From assembly GCF_003945235.1 (NCBI RefSeq), contig NZ_RSDW01000001.1:4050001-4082000 (forward strand): a stretch of 32,000 nucleotides of DNA, written 5' to 3'. How positions within the stretch are numbered: the first letter of the stretch is position 1; each line of letters begins with the position of its first letter. A program made the translations under genes and the position numbers. A model generated the notes under the pieces. It did not search any database. It had not been told where the DNA came from and saw only the letters and a program-made list of their open reading frames with translations. Of this stretch, positions 9,881 through 17,927 are shown piece by piece. This stretch comes from Edaphobacter aggregans (GTDB lineage Bacteria > Acidobacteriota > Terriglobia > Terriglobales > Acidobacteriaceae).

Positions 9881-10743
9881 CAAAGAAGGTGAAGGGAATT
9901 TACGGGGCTGGATCGGACCATTGGGTTGGGGATGGCTTTCCCGTGCGCAACCTGTTTCCGTCGAACGGCGTGAACGATGAGGTCAATCCGTTTCTGATGT
10001 TGGATTACGCGGGACCGAGCCACTTTGAGCCCTCGAAGCGCGCGCATGGGGTAGGACAGCATCCGCATCGCGGGTTTGAGACGGTGACGATCGCGTATCA
10101 GGGATCGGTCTCGCACCGCGATTCTGCGGGGAACTCAGGCACGATCTATCCCGGTGATGTGCAGTGGATGACCGCAGCTTCGGGTGTTGTGCATGAGGAG
10201 ATGCACGCGAAGGAGTTCTCGGAGAAGGGCGGGACGTTCGAGATGGTGCAGCTTTGGGTGAACCTGCCCAAGGCGGCGAAGATGTCGGCGCCGCGCTACC
10301 AGGGCATCACGAAGGAGCAGATCCCCACGTTGACACTGGGTGCGAATGGTCAAGCGAGGATTATCGCCGGAGAACTGAATGGGGCGGAGGGGCCGGCGAA
10401 AACTTTTACTGCGATCAACGTCTTCGATCTGCGTTTGAAGGCTGGCGATCCGGTGAAGTTCGCACTGCCTGATGGTCATAATGCTGCGGTGATTCTGCTG
10501 CAAGGCGATGTTCTCGTCAACGGCGTTGAAGGATTAAAGGGCGCCGCGCGAATTGCGGTCTTGTCGGATGAGGGCGGAGAGATTTCGATTGAGCCCAAGG
10601 TGGGTTCCACGCTGCTTGTTCTCAGTGGCGAACCGATCGACGAACCTGTCGCGAGCTATGGCCCATTTGTAATGAACACGGAGGAGGAATTGAAGCAGGC
10701 CTTTCAGGATTACAAGACTGGAAAGATGGGCAATCTCAGCTAA
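9871..10743 (+). CDS. Pirin family protein (bicupin)
   Basis: 290-aa ORF. Pirin metal-site motifs HPHRGFETVT and VQWMTAASGVVHEE. Overlaps the marR 3' end by 10 nt, with AAGGAGGAAG immediately before its ATG. Confidence 0.9.
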   Translation: MAVTKKVKGIYGAGSDHWVGDGFPVRNLFPSNGVNDEVNPFLMLDYAGPSHFEPSKRAHGVGQHPHRGFETVTIAYQGSVSHRDSAGNSGTIYPGDVQWMTAASGVVHEEMHAKEFSEKGGTFEMVQLWVNLPKAAKMSAPRYQGITKEQIPTLTLGANGQARIIAGELNGAEGPAKTFTAINVFDLRLKAGDPVKFALPDGHNAAVILLQGDVLVNGVEGLKGAARIAVLSDEGGEISIEPKVGSTLLVLSGEPIDEPVASYGPFVMNTEEELKQAFQDYKTGKMGNLS

Positions 10744-10772
10744 GGTCCTTGTTTGAGAATCAGACGATGGAT

Positions 10773-10811
10773 GCGTGTGGAACGGACGAACGTTCCACAC
10801 GCTATTTTTTT
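10773..10811 (+). terminator. Rho-independent terminator after pirin (between convergent genes)
   Basis: Perfect 12-bp stem GCGTGTGGAACG (10773-10784) / CGTTCCACACGC (10791-10802), 6-nt loop, then TATTTTTTT. Confidence 0.8.
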
Positions 10812-10825
10812 GCGATCAGAGATGA

Positions 10826-11746
10826 TTACTCTGCCGCAACACACGCTCGCTCTGACGGAATCGGTTTGGGCTTCGGCGACGGCGTCATGTTCAACAGGAT
10901 GAGGCCGGATATGACGATGGTGACTCCGATGTACGCCGTCCAGAGGATTGGTTCGTGGGCGATGAAGCCCCAGAATAGACCCCAGATTGGCAGCAGATAA
11001 GTAACAGCGGTGACGTGTGTGGGCTGGATGCGCGTCAGCAAATCGTAGTAGAGCAGGTAGGCGATGCCGCTGCCTGCGATTCCCAATGCGATGACTGCAA
11101 GTACGGAGTTGCGATGGATTACATCCGGGTGCGAGCCAAAGATTGCGAGAGGAAACAGCATGATCCAGGCGAGAGAGAGTTGCGTGGTGGCTAGGCCGAT
11201 GGGGTCGAGGCCTTTGAGCTTTACTTTGGCGATCACAGTCGCGATGGCGTAGCCCAGACTGGCCAGCGCGATGAAGAAGACTCCGCGGAAGAAGGCTGCC
11301 TCGTGACCGTATCCGTGCGAGTTGTTGCCATGGCTGAAGACGACGATCATCACGCCAGAGAATCCGAGCAAAACACCGCCTATGGTGAACCGGTTGGGCT
11401 TCGTGCTTTGAACCGCCATCGTCAGCAACAGTGCCCAAATGGGGGTTGTTGCGTTAAGGACTGCAGCAATGCTGCTCGGGACGGTGCGTTCGCCAAGAGC
11501 GAAGAGGGTGAATGGGATTGCATTGTTGAAGAGCGCCACAAGCAGCAGTGGCACGATCAGGCTGCGGGGTGGCAGAGCGCGGCCCTTCAGCTTCAGTATC
11601 GTCCAGAGGAAGGCTGCTCCGAAGGTGAGTCGCAGGAGAGCTACCCATACTGGAGGGAAGCTGCGTCCGGAGATTTCGATGAGGATAAAAGATGCTCCCC
11701 ATACGGCTGAGAGTAGAAGCAGTTGGACGAGGTCACGCCGACTCAT
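10826..11746 (-). CDS. EamA/DMT family transporter
   Basis: 306-aa polytopic membrane protein (about 10 hydrophobic segments) with the two-repeat DMT layout (LLLSAVWGASFILIE... / ...VTAVTYLLPIWGLFWGF). Confidence 0.8.
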   Translation of the reverse strand: MSRRDLVQLLLLSAVWGASFILIEISGRSFPPVWVALLRLTFGAAFLWTILKLKGRALPPRSLIVPLLLVALFNNAIPFTLFALGERTVPSSIAAVLNATTPIWALLLTMAVQSTKPNRFTIGGVLLGFSGVMIVVFSHGNNSHGYGHEAAFFRGVFFIALASLGYAIATVIAKVKLKGLDPIGLATTQLSLAWIMLFPLAIFGSHPDVIHRNSVLAVIALGIAGSGIAYLLYYDLLTRIQPTHVTAVTYLLPIWGLFWGFIAHEPILWTAYIGVTIVISGLILLNMTPSPKPKPIPSERACVAAE

Positions 11747-11767
11747 TGATATCTCCTCAGGAACTCG

Positions 11768-12454
11768 TTAGAGATGAACTGTATCTGTATCGCGATCTGC
11801 GCGATGGTGTGAATCCGGTTCAAAATTGTTTCTTCGCGATTGAAGAAAGGAGTCCATACTCAGCAGGGAAGCGTCGACAGTGGAGAGGGCCAGCGCGCCG
11901 GCTGCCATCAGGTACACACCGTAAGAGAACTGCGAAAACCCTGCGATCGTCATTGCGGTGGCAAAGAGAAACAGCAGGGCTGCCGATCCGATTGCCGCGA
12001 CCGGAAGATAGATGCCGAAGATAAGAGCGATGCCAAAGGTAGTCTCGCCGATTGTGGCTAACACGGCGAGCGCAGGTATCGTCGCCGCTGGCATGAATGC
12101 ATTGAGGCGGGCTGTATAGCTGATGAAGTGCGCGAAGTCGCCCCATGCCACTCCGGGTGTACCGTGCGGGCCGAGCAGTCCGAGGCGATCGGCTACTGCA
12201 TCCAGGAACGCGACGGCAAGAGGAAGTCGCAGGAGGGAGGCGATCCCGCGAATGCGCCCTCCGGTAAGAGCAAGCAGAAGAAAAGGAGCAGCGTATGTTA
12301 GCGGGTACGACATGCTGCTCCACGGCTCGTGCAGGCGAAAGTGATGAGCTGTCATCCATATCGCTTGTGCGATGAGAGCTGCCCACAGCAAAGCGAATGC
12401 TATGGGTTTGATTCGAGCGAAAGGCGCTCCCGGTTTGTTGGAGTTAAGCCGCAT
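11768..12454 (-). CDS. Hypothetical integral membrane protein, DoxX-like
   Basis: 228-aa ORF with 4-5 hydrophobic helices. The segment LLRLPLAVAFLDAVADRLGLLG ... ATIGETTFGIALIFGIYLPVAAIGSAALLF resembles the DoxX/DoxX_2 pattern. The family call is by eye only. Confidence 0.5.
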   Translation of the reverse strand: MRLNSNKPGAPFARIKPIAFALLWAALIAQAIWMTAHHFRLHEPWSSMSYPLTYAAPFLLLALTGGRIRGIASLLRLPLAVAFLDAVADRLGLLGPHGTPGVAWGDFAHFISYTARLNAFMPAATIPALAVLATIGETTFGIALIFGIYLPVAAIGSAALLFLFATAMTIAGFSQFSYGVYLMAAGALALSTVDASLLSMDSFLQSRRNNFEPDSHHRADRDTDTVHL

Positions 12455-12481
12455 CGTTGCTCCAATGAGCGCTTTCGTAAT

Positions 12482-12901
12482 TTACGCAGGGATACTGTTC
12501 TGGCTGCCAGTCTGCGCGAAGATCAGCGCGAGCACGCGAGCCGGTTTCGCCATGCTTACGTTGGCTGAGACCTGATGCACGCTGTTCGGCGGCTCGTAAA
12601 AGACTTGCCCCTTGCGATAGGTTTTCTCTGGTTGTCCTTTGAGTTTGAAGCGGACTTCACCCTCAAGGATATAGCCGACGACAAAGCCCGGATGGCGATG
12701 CGCATTGGAGAATCCGCCCGCTGGATAGTCGACCTCAAGAATGGTTAGATCCCAGTGATCGAGCGAGACGGACGGCAACGGCTGCTTGAAGACGGTACAT
12801 ACCTTCGCGGCCTGAACTCCGGTGCTGCCAATGATGGAGGAACCCAGTGTCGCTAGTCCTGTCTTGAAGAGTCCTTCGATAACTTCCCTTCGCGGTATCA
12901 T
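12482..12901 (-). CDS. Cupin domain protein with a possible Tat-type signal
   Basis: 139-aa ORF. N-terminus MIPRREVIEGLFKTGLATLGSSIIGSTGVQA (twin-Arg plus hydrophobic stretch). Cupin core GGFSNAHRHPGFVVGYILEGEV...GQVFYEPPNSVH. Confidence 0.75.
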   Translation of the reverse strand: MIPRREVIEGLFKTGLATLGSSIIGSTGVQAAKVCTVFKQPLPSVSLDHWDLTILEVDYPAGGFSNAHRHPGFVVGYILEGEVRFKLKGQPEKTYRKGQVFYEPPNSVHQVSANVSMAKPARVLALIFAQTGSQNSIPA

Positions 12902-12923
12902 GCTTCGACGATAGGTCTAAAAC

Positions 12924-12950
12924 GGACCTGTGAGAAGGTCCATTTTTTAC
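12924..12950. terminator. Short hairpin between the MocR regulator gene and the cupin gene (weak or partial terminator candidate)
   Basis: GGACCT (12924-12929) / AGGTCC (12936-12941) with a 6-nt loop. It is flanked by AAAAC on one side and ATTTTTT on the other. In the transcribed (minus) direction the tail is only GUUUUA. Confidence 0.35.
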
Positions 12951-12971
12951 ATTTGCTATGGGCCACTTCGT

Positions 12972-14426
12972 CTAATGTTTAGTGTTGCGCTCGAACTTTT
13001 CGACCACTGCTGCGAGCTTCTGCATTCCATGATTGATTTCGCGCGATTCGAAGGCGGCAAATCCCAGTAACACTCCGCGAATCCTGCGCTTGCTTACGGA
13101 GTATCGTTCCAACGAGGTTGCATCGATTCCCTGATCGGCTGCCTCGCGTTCGAACTCGCGTGATGCGACAGGAGCGCGATAGAAGGCGGGGGTCGCCAGA
13201 CCGGCGTGCATTCCCGAAAGCTGCAACGAATCACCTACATATTTTTCCGCAGCATCCTGCAGCGCGCATCGACGCTCGGCATAGGTCTCACGCATGCGGC
13301 GAAGGTGGCGGCCGAGATGCCCATCGACGATGAAATCAGTGAGGACAGCCTGATTGATGGAGTTGGCCCAAAGGTCCATCTGATACTTCATTCGTAAAAC
13401 CTTATCCATCAGCTGCTCTGGCACGATGATGTAGCCGAGGCGCAGGCTTGGGAAGAGGACCTTGTTGAAGCTGCCGATGAAGATGACCGAACCAGTTTTG
13501 TCGAGGCCCTGCAGTGCCGGGATGGGTACGCCGCTGAAGCGGAATTCGCTGTCGTAGTCGTCCTCCACGATGATGGATTTAGCAGATTGCGCCCACCGCA
13601 GCAGGGCGATGCGCCGTTCAAGCGACATCGTAACGCCAAGCGGAGCCTGGTGCGCGGGTGTCACGTAAGCGAGCTTTGCCCGCGGCGCAAGCTGCATTCC
13701 ACGCTTCACATCCATTCCGTCGGCGTCGACTGGGACCGGGACGATGTTCGCCCCCGCATTGCGCAGAGCCCAGGCCGCAGCGAAGTAGCCAGGGTCCTCT
13801 ATCCACGCGGACTCTCCCGGGCGAATGAAGAGGCGAGCAACCAGGTCGAGCGCCTGCTGGGTGCCGGTGACGACGATTACTTGGCTGGCCTGGCATTGCA
13901 CACCGCGCGAGGTCCCGAGATACTCGGCGATTGCGTTGCGCAAAGGGGCATATCCCGCTGAGTCCCCACCGCCGAGCAGCGCTTTTGTCGCCCGTCTCCA
14001 GTGTCGTGAGTTCAAGCGAGACCAGATATCGATGGGAAACAGAGTGACGTCGGGGTCGGATGACTGAAACGGCCGTATCGCTCGCGTCGTCGTCGACAGA
14101 AACGCAGGGGCTTTCTCAGGCTTCGCCGGCATGCGTGCGCAGACGGTTAGAAGATCATCGGGGAGCCGTTCATTCACCCAGGTGCCGGCACCGGTCTTGC
14201 TTGTGAGGTAGCCTTCGTCGCGAAGCTGTTCCATCACCAGCATGGCGATGCCACGTGAGACGCAGTGCTGCAGCGCGAAATCTCGCGTAGATGGCAAGCG
14301 AACGCCACGCTTCAGGCGGCCATCAAGGATAGCGCAGCGCAGCTCGGCATACAGCCAGTCCGTGAGCGACTTGTTTGCAGGCCGTGGGCTCAGCGGCAAC
14401 TCGAGCGAGCTGATTAACTTTGCCAT
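12972..14426 (-). CDS. MocR/PdxR/GabR-type regulator (GntR wHTH fused to a fold-type-I aminotransferase-like domain)
   Basis: N-terminal wHTH (LPSTRDFALQHCVSRGIAMLVMEQLRDEGYL) and a C-terminal aminotransferase-like domain with SFNKVLFPSLRLGY (PLP-Lys context). ATG 14426 is preceded by GAGAGG and preferred over the listed GTG 14456. Only 2 nt lie after the stop of the upstream EamA gene. Confidence 0.85.
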   Translation of the reverse strand: MAKLISSLELPLSPRPANKSLTDWLYAELRCAILDGRLKRGVRLPSTRDFALQHCVSRGIAMLVMEQLRDEGYLTSKTGAGTWVNERLPDDLLTVCARMPAKPEKAPAFLSTTTRAIRPFQSSDPDVTLFPIDIWSRLNSRHWRRATKALLGGGDSAGYAPLRNAIAEYLGTSRGVQCQASQVIVVTGTQQALDLVARLFIRPGESAWIEDPGYFAAAWALRNAGANIVPVPVDADGMDVKRGMQLAPRAKLAYVTPAHQAPLGVTMSLERRIALLRWAQSAKSIIVEDDYDSEFRFSGVPIPALQGLDKTGSVIFIGSFNKVLFPSLRLGYIIVPEQLMDKVLRMKYQMDLWANSINQAVLTDFIVDGHLGRHLRRMRETYAERRCALQDAAEKYVGDSLQLSGMHAGLATPAFYRAPVASREFEREAADQGIDATSLERYSVSKRRIRGVLLGFAAFESREINHGMQKLAAVVEKFERNTKH

Positions 14427-14428
14427 GA

Positions 14429-15394
14429 CTATGCCTCTCGCTCCACGGCGACGCACTCTGTTTCAGCCGTAGGTGCACCGCTCTTGAGCTTCGAGCTGGT
14501 CACCAGATATACCGCAAGCAGAATCGCGCCCATCCCTACATATTCGATGGCGACGAATCGTTCGCGAAGAAATATTGCGCCGAGGATCACAGCGATAACC
14601 GGGTTGATGTACGCATAGGTGGCTACCTTCGCAACCGGGACGTGCTCAAGCAGATAGATATATGCCGTATATCCCACGAGCGAGCCAAAGGTAACGAGAT
14701 ACAGGATCGACGCCCACGCCTGCACGCCCCACTGCCCGCCACGGTATCCTCCCACGAGTATCGTGACGCAGGCGTTGAACAGCCCGGCGAAGAACATCTG
14801 CCATGCAGCCGCGACGAAGGGGCTGACCGGAAGTTTAGCTCGCCGCGCCAACACCGACCCGCATGTCCAACTGAGCGCGCAGCCCAACGCTACGGCGGCT
14901 CCGATCAGTTGTCGCGTATCGCCGTGCAAACTCTCGCGCAGCCCCGGCGACAGCAACACCACTAATCCTGCAAAGCCGATCACGATGCCAAGCCAGCCTT
15001 TGGCACGTAGCCCTTCGCCGTTCGGCAGCAGCGCTTCAAAGATTGCAACATACAAGGGAATGACGGCGATGATCAGCGCAGCCAGGCCGCTCGAAAGATA
15101 CTGCTCGCACCACACGAGGCCCATGTTGCCGCCGCCAAGCATCAGGATGCCAATAGCGGCAAGCAAGCCAAACTCTCGCCGCGTGAGTCGCAGACTCATT
15201 CCGCGCATCACACAGAGCGCCAGCATCAGCGGCCCGGCAATCAGGAACCGGACACTCGCCAGGAGGAATGGAGGCAGAACCTCAACGCCAAAGCGGATCG
15301 CAACGTAGGTCGATCCCCAGAAGAAATAGACGCAGCCGAACGCGATCAGAACCTGCGTCGTGTAGGCGGAGCGCTGTCGCGGCATATTCTTCAT
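14429..15394 (-). CDS. EamA/DMT family transporter (second copy)
   Basis: 321-aa polytopic membrane protein. VYFFWGSTYVAIRFG and ...AYINPVIAVILGAIFLRE are typical of EamA repeats. Confidence 0.8.
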   Translation of the reverse strand: MKNMPRQRSAYTTQVLIAFGCVYFFWGSTYVAIRFGVEVLPPFLLASVRFLIAGPLMLALCVMRGMSLRLTRREFGLLAAIGILMLGGGNMGLVWCEQYLSSGLAALIIAVIPLYVAIFEALLPNGEGLRAKGWLGIVIGFAGLVVLLSPGLRESLHGDTRQLIGAAVALGCALSWTCGSVLARRAKLPVSPFVAAAWQMFFAGLFNACVTILVGGYRGGQWGVQAWASILYLVTFGSLVGYTAYIYLLEHVPVAKVATYAYINPVIAVILGAIFLRERFVAIEYVGMGAILLAVYLVTSSKLKSGAPTAETECVAVEREA

Positions 15395-15469
15395 GGTATC
15401 TGTAGCTGATTCTGCTGCACTCCGTTTTGGTCCATAAAATCATTCGCACGACGGTGTTAAAATAGAGCC

Positions 15470-16129
15470 ATGATGCCCCGGTTTGCCGCGTCTCTGCTTC
15501 TTGTCTGTGCTACGGCTCTTTCCCAGACGTCTTCCTTCTCGCTCAAGAGCTTTCACGATCCAGCTCCGGGTATTACTTACTTCTACCCGAGCGAGTTCAC
15601 GCCAATGATGCCTGCGCCGCCATCAAAGGAAGAAGGGGCGACACCGCATTGTGTGCGGACGTCCTTTTCGGCAGGCTCCGATCCTGCGGCCGGCAACTCT
15701 GCATTCGTTTTCTCTTTGATTGACAATGCATGCCCCGGGGTCCTGAAGGACGCTCAACAACTGGGGTCGTTCACACGAACACAGATACTGCGCCAGATGA
15801 AGCGATATGGCACGCCGGTCATCATGCATGACCCCGTCCGATATACCGTTTCGGGCCATCCTGCTGCCGTAACGCTAGCTTCGGCCCAGGCCGCGGATAC
15901 TCAAGCCGCTGGCACCAAAACGAAGAACGGCGATGGGACCACCTATGCCGCCAAGGCATGCATGCTCACCGGCGACCCCAACACTGGGCGCGAATCGGGT
16001 CCAAAACCTGTTGTCTGCTTCGACTTCACAACGACACGGCGCGACCTTCTTCCTCGTCTGTTTGCCTTTTCGGCGCAGTTCGACGGGGAGACATTGCAGT
16101 CGCTGGTTCCGGGCACTCTTCTCCGATAG
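15470..16129 (+). CDS. Hypothetical secreted protein
   Basis: 219-aa ORF with signal peptide MMPRFAASLLLVCATALSQ and four Cys. No family recognised. Confidence 0.6.
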   Translation: MMPRFAASLLLVCATALSQTSSFSLKSFHDPAPGITYFYPSEFTPMMPAPPSKEEGATPHCVRTSFSAGSDPAAGNSAFVFSLIDNACPGVLKDAQQLGSFTRTQILRQMKRYGTPVIMHDPVRYTVSGHPAAVTLASAQAADTQAAGTKTKNGDGTTYAAKACMLTGDPNTGRESGPKPVVCFDFTTTRRDLLPRLFAFSAQFDGETLQSLVPGTLLR

Positions 16130-16456
16130 GCGTCCGGTGCGCTATACTCTGCGGCACACGTAGAGGTTTCTATGAAGGCCCTCTTCACAACCGCAGATTG
16201 CCAAAGCCGCAGAACCGCAGGTCGATGCCGCCTTTTCAGGAAGCACGTGATGCCTCGGCGTTATCTCTGTGTGCTGCCGAGCCGCTCGCGCCCTAGTCTC
16301 TTCTCCGGCGATTAGAGCAATTCCCAAGTCAGCGACGATATAGCCTGCAGCGACTGTGGTGCTTTTCCATATCTAAGGAAGAGCATCGAGCCACATCGCA
16401 TGTATGGCTGCCCCAAAACGGATCCCTCACCGTTGCTGAACATCAAGGAGAGACCC

Positions 16457-17854
16457 ATGAGCCCCGTTACTCTCGCGACTGCAAAGACCGCTCGTATCGC
16501 CAGCGAAGCCACGTTCGCTCAGTTTGGCCCCAGGTTGAAGACCGCGATTCCCGGCCCTCTCGCGCAGAAGATCATTGCCGACGACACCCGCCTCATGTCG
16601 CCAAGCTACACGCGCAGTTATCCGATGGTTGCGAAGTCGGGTCGCGGCATTCGCGTGACGGATGTGGACGGCAACGAATTCCTCGACTTTTCAGCCGGCA
16701 TCGCCGTGAACTCAACAGGGCATTGTCACCCTGAAGTCGTGAAAGCCATCCAGGATCAAGCCGCCGAATTGCTGCATATGTCCGGTACGGATTTTTATTA
16801 CGAACACATGATCAAGCTCGCCGAGCGACTGAGCGCCGTAGCTCCTATGCCCGGACCGCATAAGTTTTACTACGGTAACTCCGGTGCCGAAGCGGTCGAG
16901 TGTGCCCTTAAACTCGCGCGCTACCACACTGGACGACAGAACATCATCAGCTTCTTTGGCGCGTTCCACGGACGCACCATGGGCGCGCTTTCGTTGACCG
17001 GATCGAAGCCGCAACAGAAACGTCGCCTCGCACCATTCGTTCCTGGCGTACACCACGTCAGATATCCCTACGCCTATCGCGGCTGTAGCGGCGGCCCGCA
17101 AGAGTCAGAAGCGTTTGCCCTCGACTGCGCGCGCTACATCGAAGAAAAGCTCTTCAAGACAATTCTGCCGCCGGAAGAAGTTGCAGCCATCATCCTCGAA
17201 CCGATTCAGGGTGAGGGAGGCTATATCGTCGCCCCGAACAATTTTCTGCGCGAGATTCGAAGCATCTGCGATCGACACGGGATCATGATGATCGTCGACG
17301 AGGTGCAATCGGGCGCTGGCAGAACAGGGAAGTGGTGGGCCATCGAGCACTCCGGCGTGCAGCCCGACATGGTGTGCATTGCAAAGGGCATCGCCTCCGG
17401 TATGCCGCTCGGCATTTGCATGACGAAGGCCGAGATCATGGACTGGGTGCCCGGCTCGCACGCCAGCACCTTCGGAGGAAACCCTGTCTGTATCGCCGCG
17501 GCCCTTGCGACGATGAATGTCATTGAACGCGAAGGCCTGCAGAACGCCGCAATCGTCGGCGCGAAGATGATGGAGCGCATGAGTACCTGGATCGCGAAAC
17601 ATCCCACCGTCGGTGACGTGCGCGGTCGCGGTCTGATGATCGGCATTGAGATCGTCAAAGACCAGAAATCACGTCAACCCATCGGTGCCATGCGCGACAA
17701 GATCGTCGACCTGGCCTTTGAGCGAGGCGTACTCTTTCTTGGTTGCGGCGAGACCAGCATCCGACTTTGCCCGCCGCTGATCGTTACGCAACAGGAAGCC
17801 GACATCGCACTCGACGTGCTCGAAGAGTGCATTGCGCTGGCAGCCCCGAACTAA
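16457..17854 (+). CDS. Class-III PLP aminotransferase (4-aminobutyrate/acetylornithine aminotransferase-like)
   Basis: Motifs GNSGAEAVECALKLAR, ILEPIQGEGG, DEVQSGAGRTGK, IAKGIASGMPLG, STFGGNP. ATG 16457 is preceded by AAGGAGAGA and preferred over the listed 16400. Confidence 0.85.
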   Translation: MSPVTLATAKTARIASEATFAQFGPRLKTAIPGPLAQKIIADDTRLMSPSYTRSYPMVAKSGRGIRVTDVDGNEFLDFSAGIAVNSTGHCHPEVVKAIQDQAAELLHMSGTDFYYEHMIKLAERLSAVAPMPGPHKFYYGNSGAEAVECALKLARYHTGRQNIISFFGAFHGRTMGALSLTGSKPQQKRRLAPFVPGVHHVRYPYAYRGCSGGPQESEAFALDCARYIEEKLFKTILPPEEVAAIILEPIQGEGGYIVAPNNFLREIRSICDRHGIMMIVDEVQSGAGRTGKWWAIEHSGVQPDMVCIAKGIASGMPLGICMTKAEIMDWVPGSHASTFGGNPVCIAAALATMNVIEREGLQNAAIVGAKMMERMSTWIAKHPTVGDVRGRGLMIGIEIVKDQKSRQPIGAMRDKIVDLAFERGVLFLGCGETSIRLCPPLIVTQQEADIALDVLEECIALAAPN

Positions 17855-17872
17855 ACATAGTCAAACAAAACG

Positions 17873-17905
17873 AGAGGCGACATCCGTTCAAGGGATGTCG
17901 CCTCT
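17873..17905. terminator. Hairpin terminator between the convergent aminotransferase and TonB-dependent receptor genes
   Basis: 13-bp perfect stem AGAGGCGACATCC (17873-17885) / GGATGTCGCCTCT (17893-17905), 7-nt loop, followed by GTTGTTCTTC on the + strand. Confidence 0.7.
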
Positions 17906-17927
17906 GTTGTTCTTCGTCTGCTTGCTG

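Noticed and set aside
16142-16512. Listed minus ORFs 16142-16327 and 16312-16512 in the aminotransferase leader
   Set aside because: They have implausible composition and no SD, and the second overlaps the real aminotransferase start.
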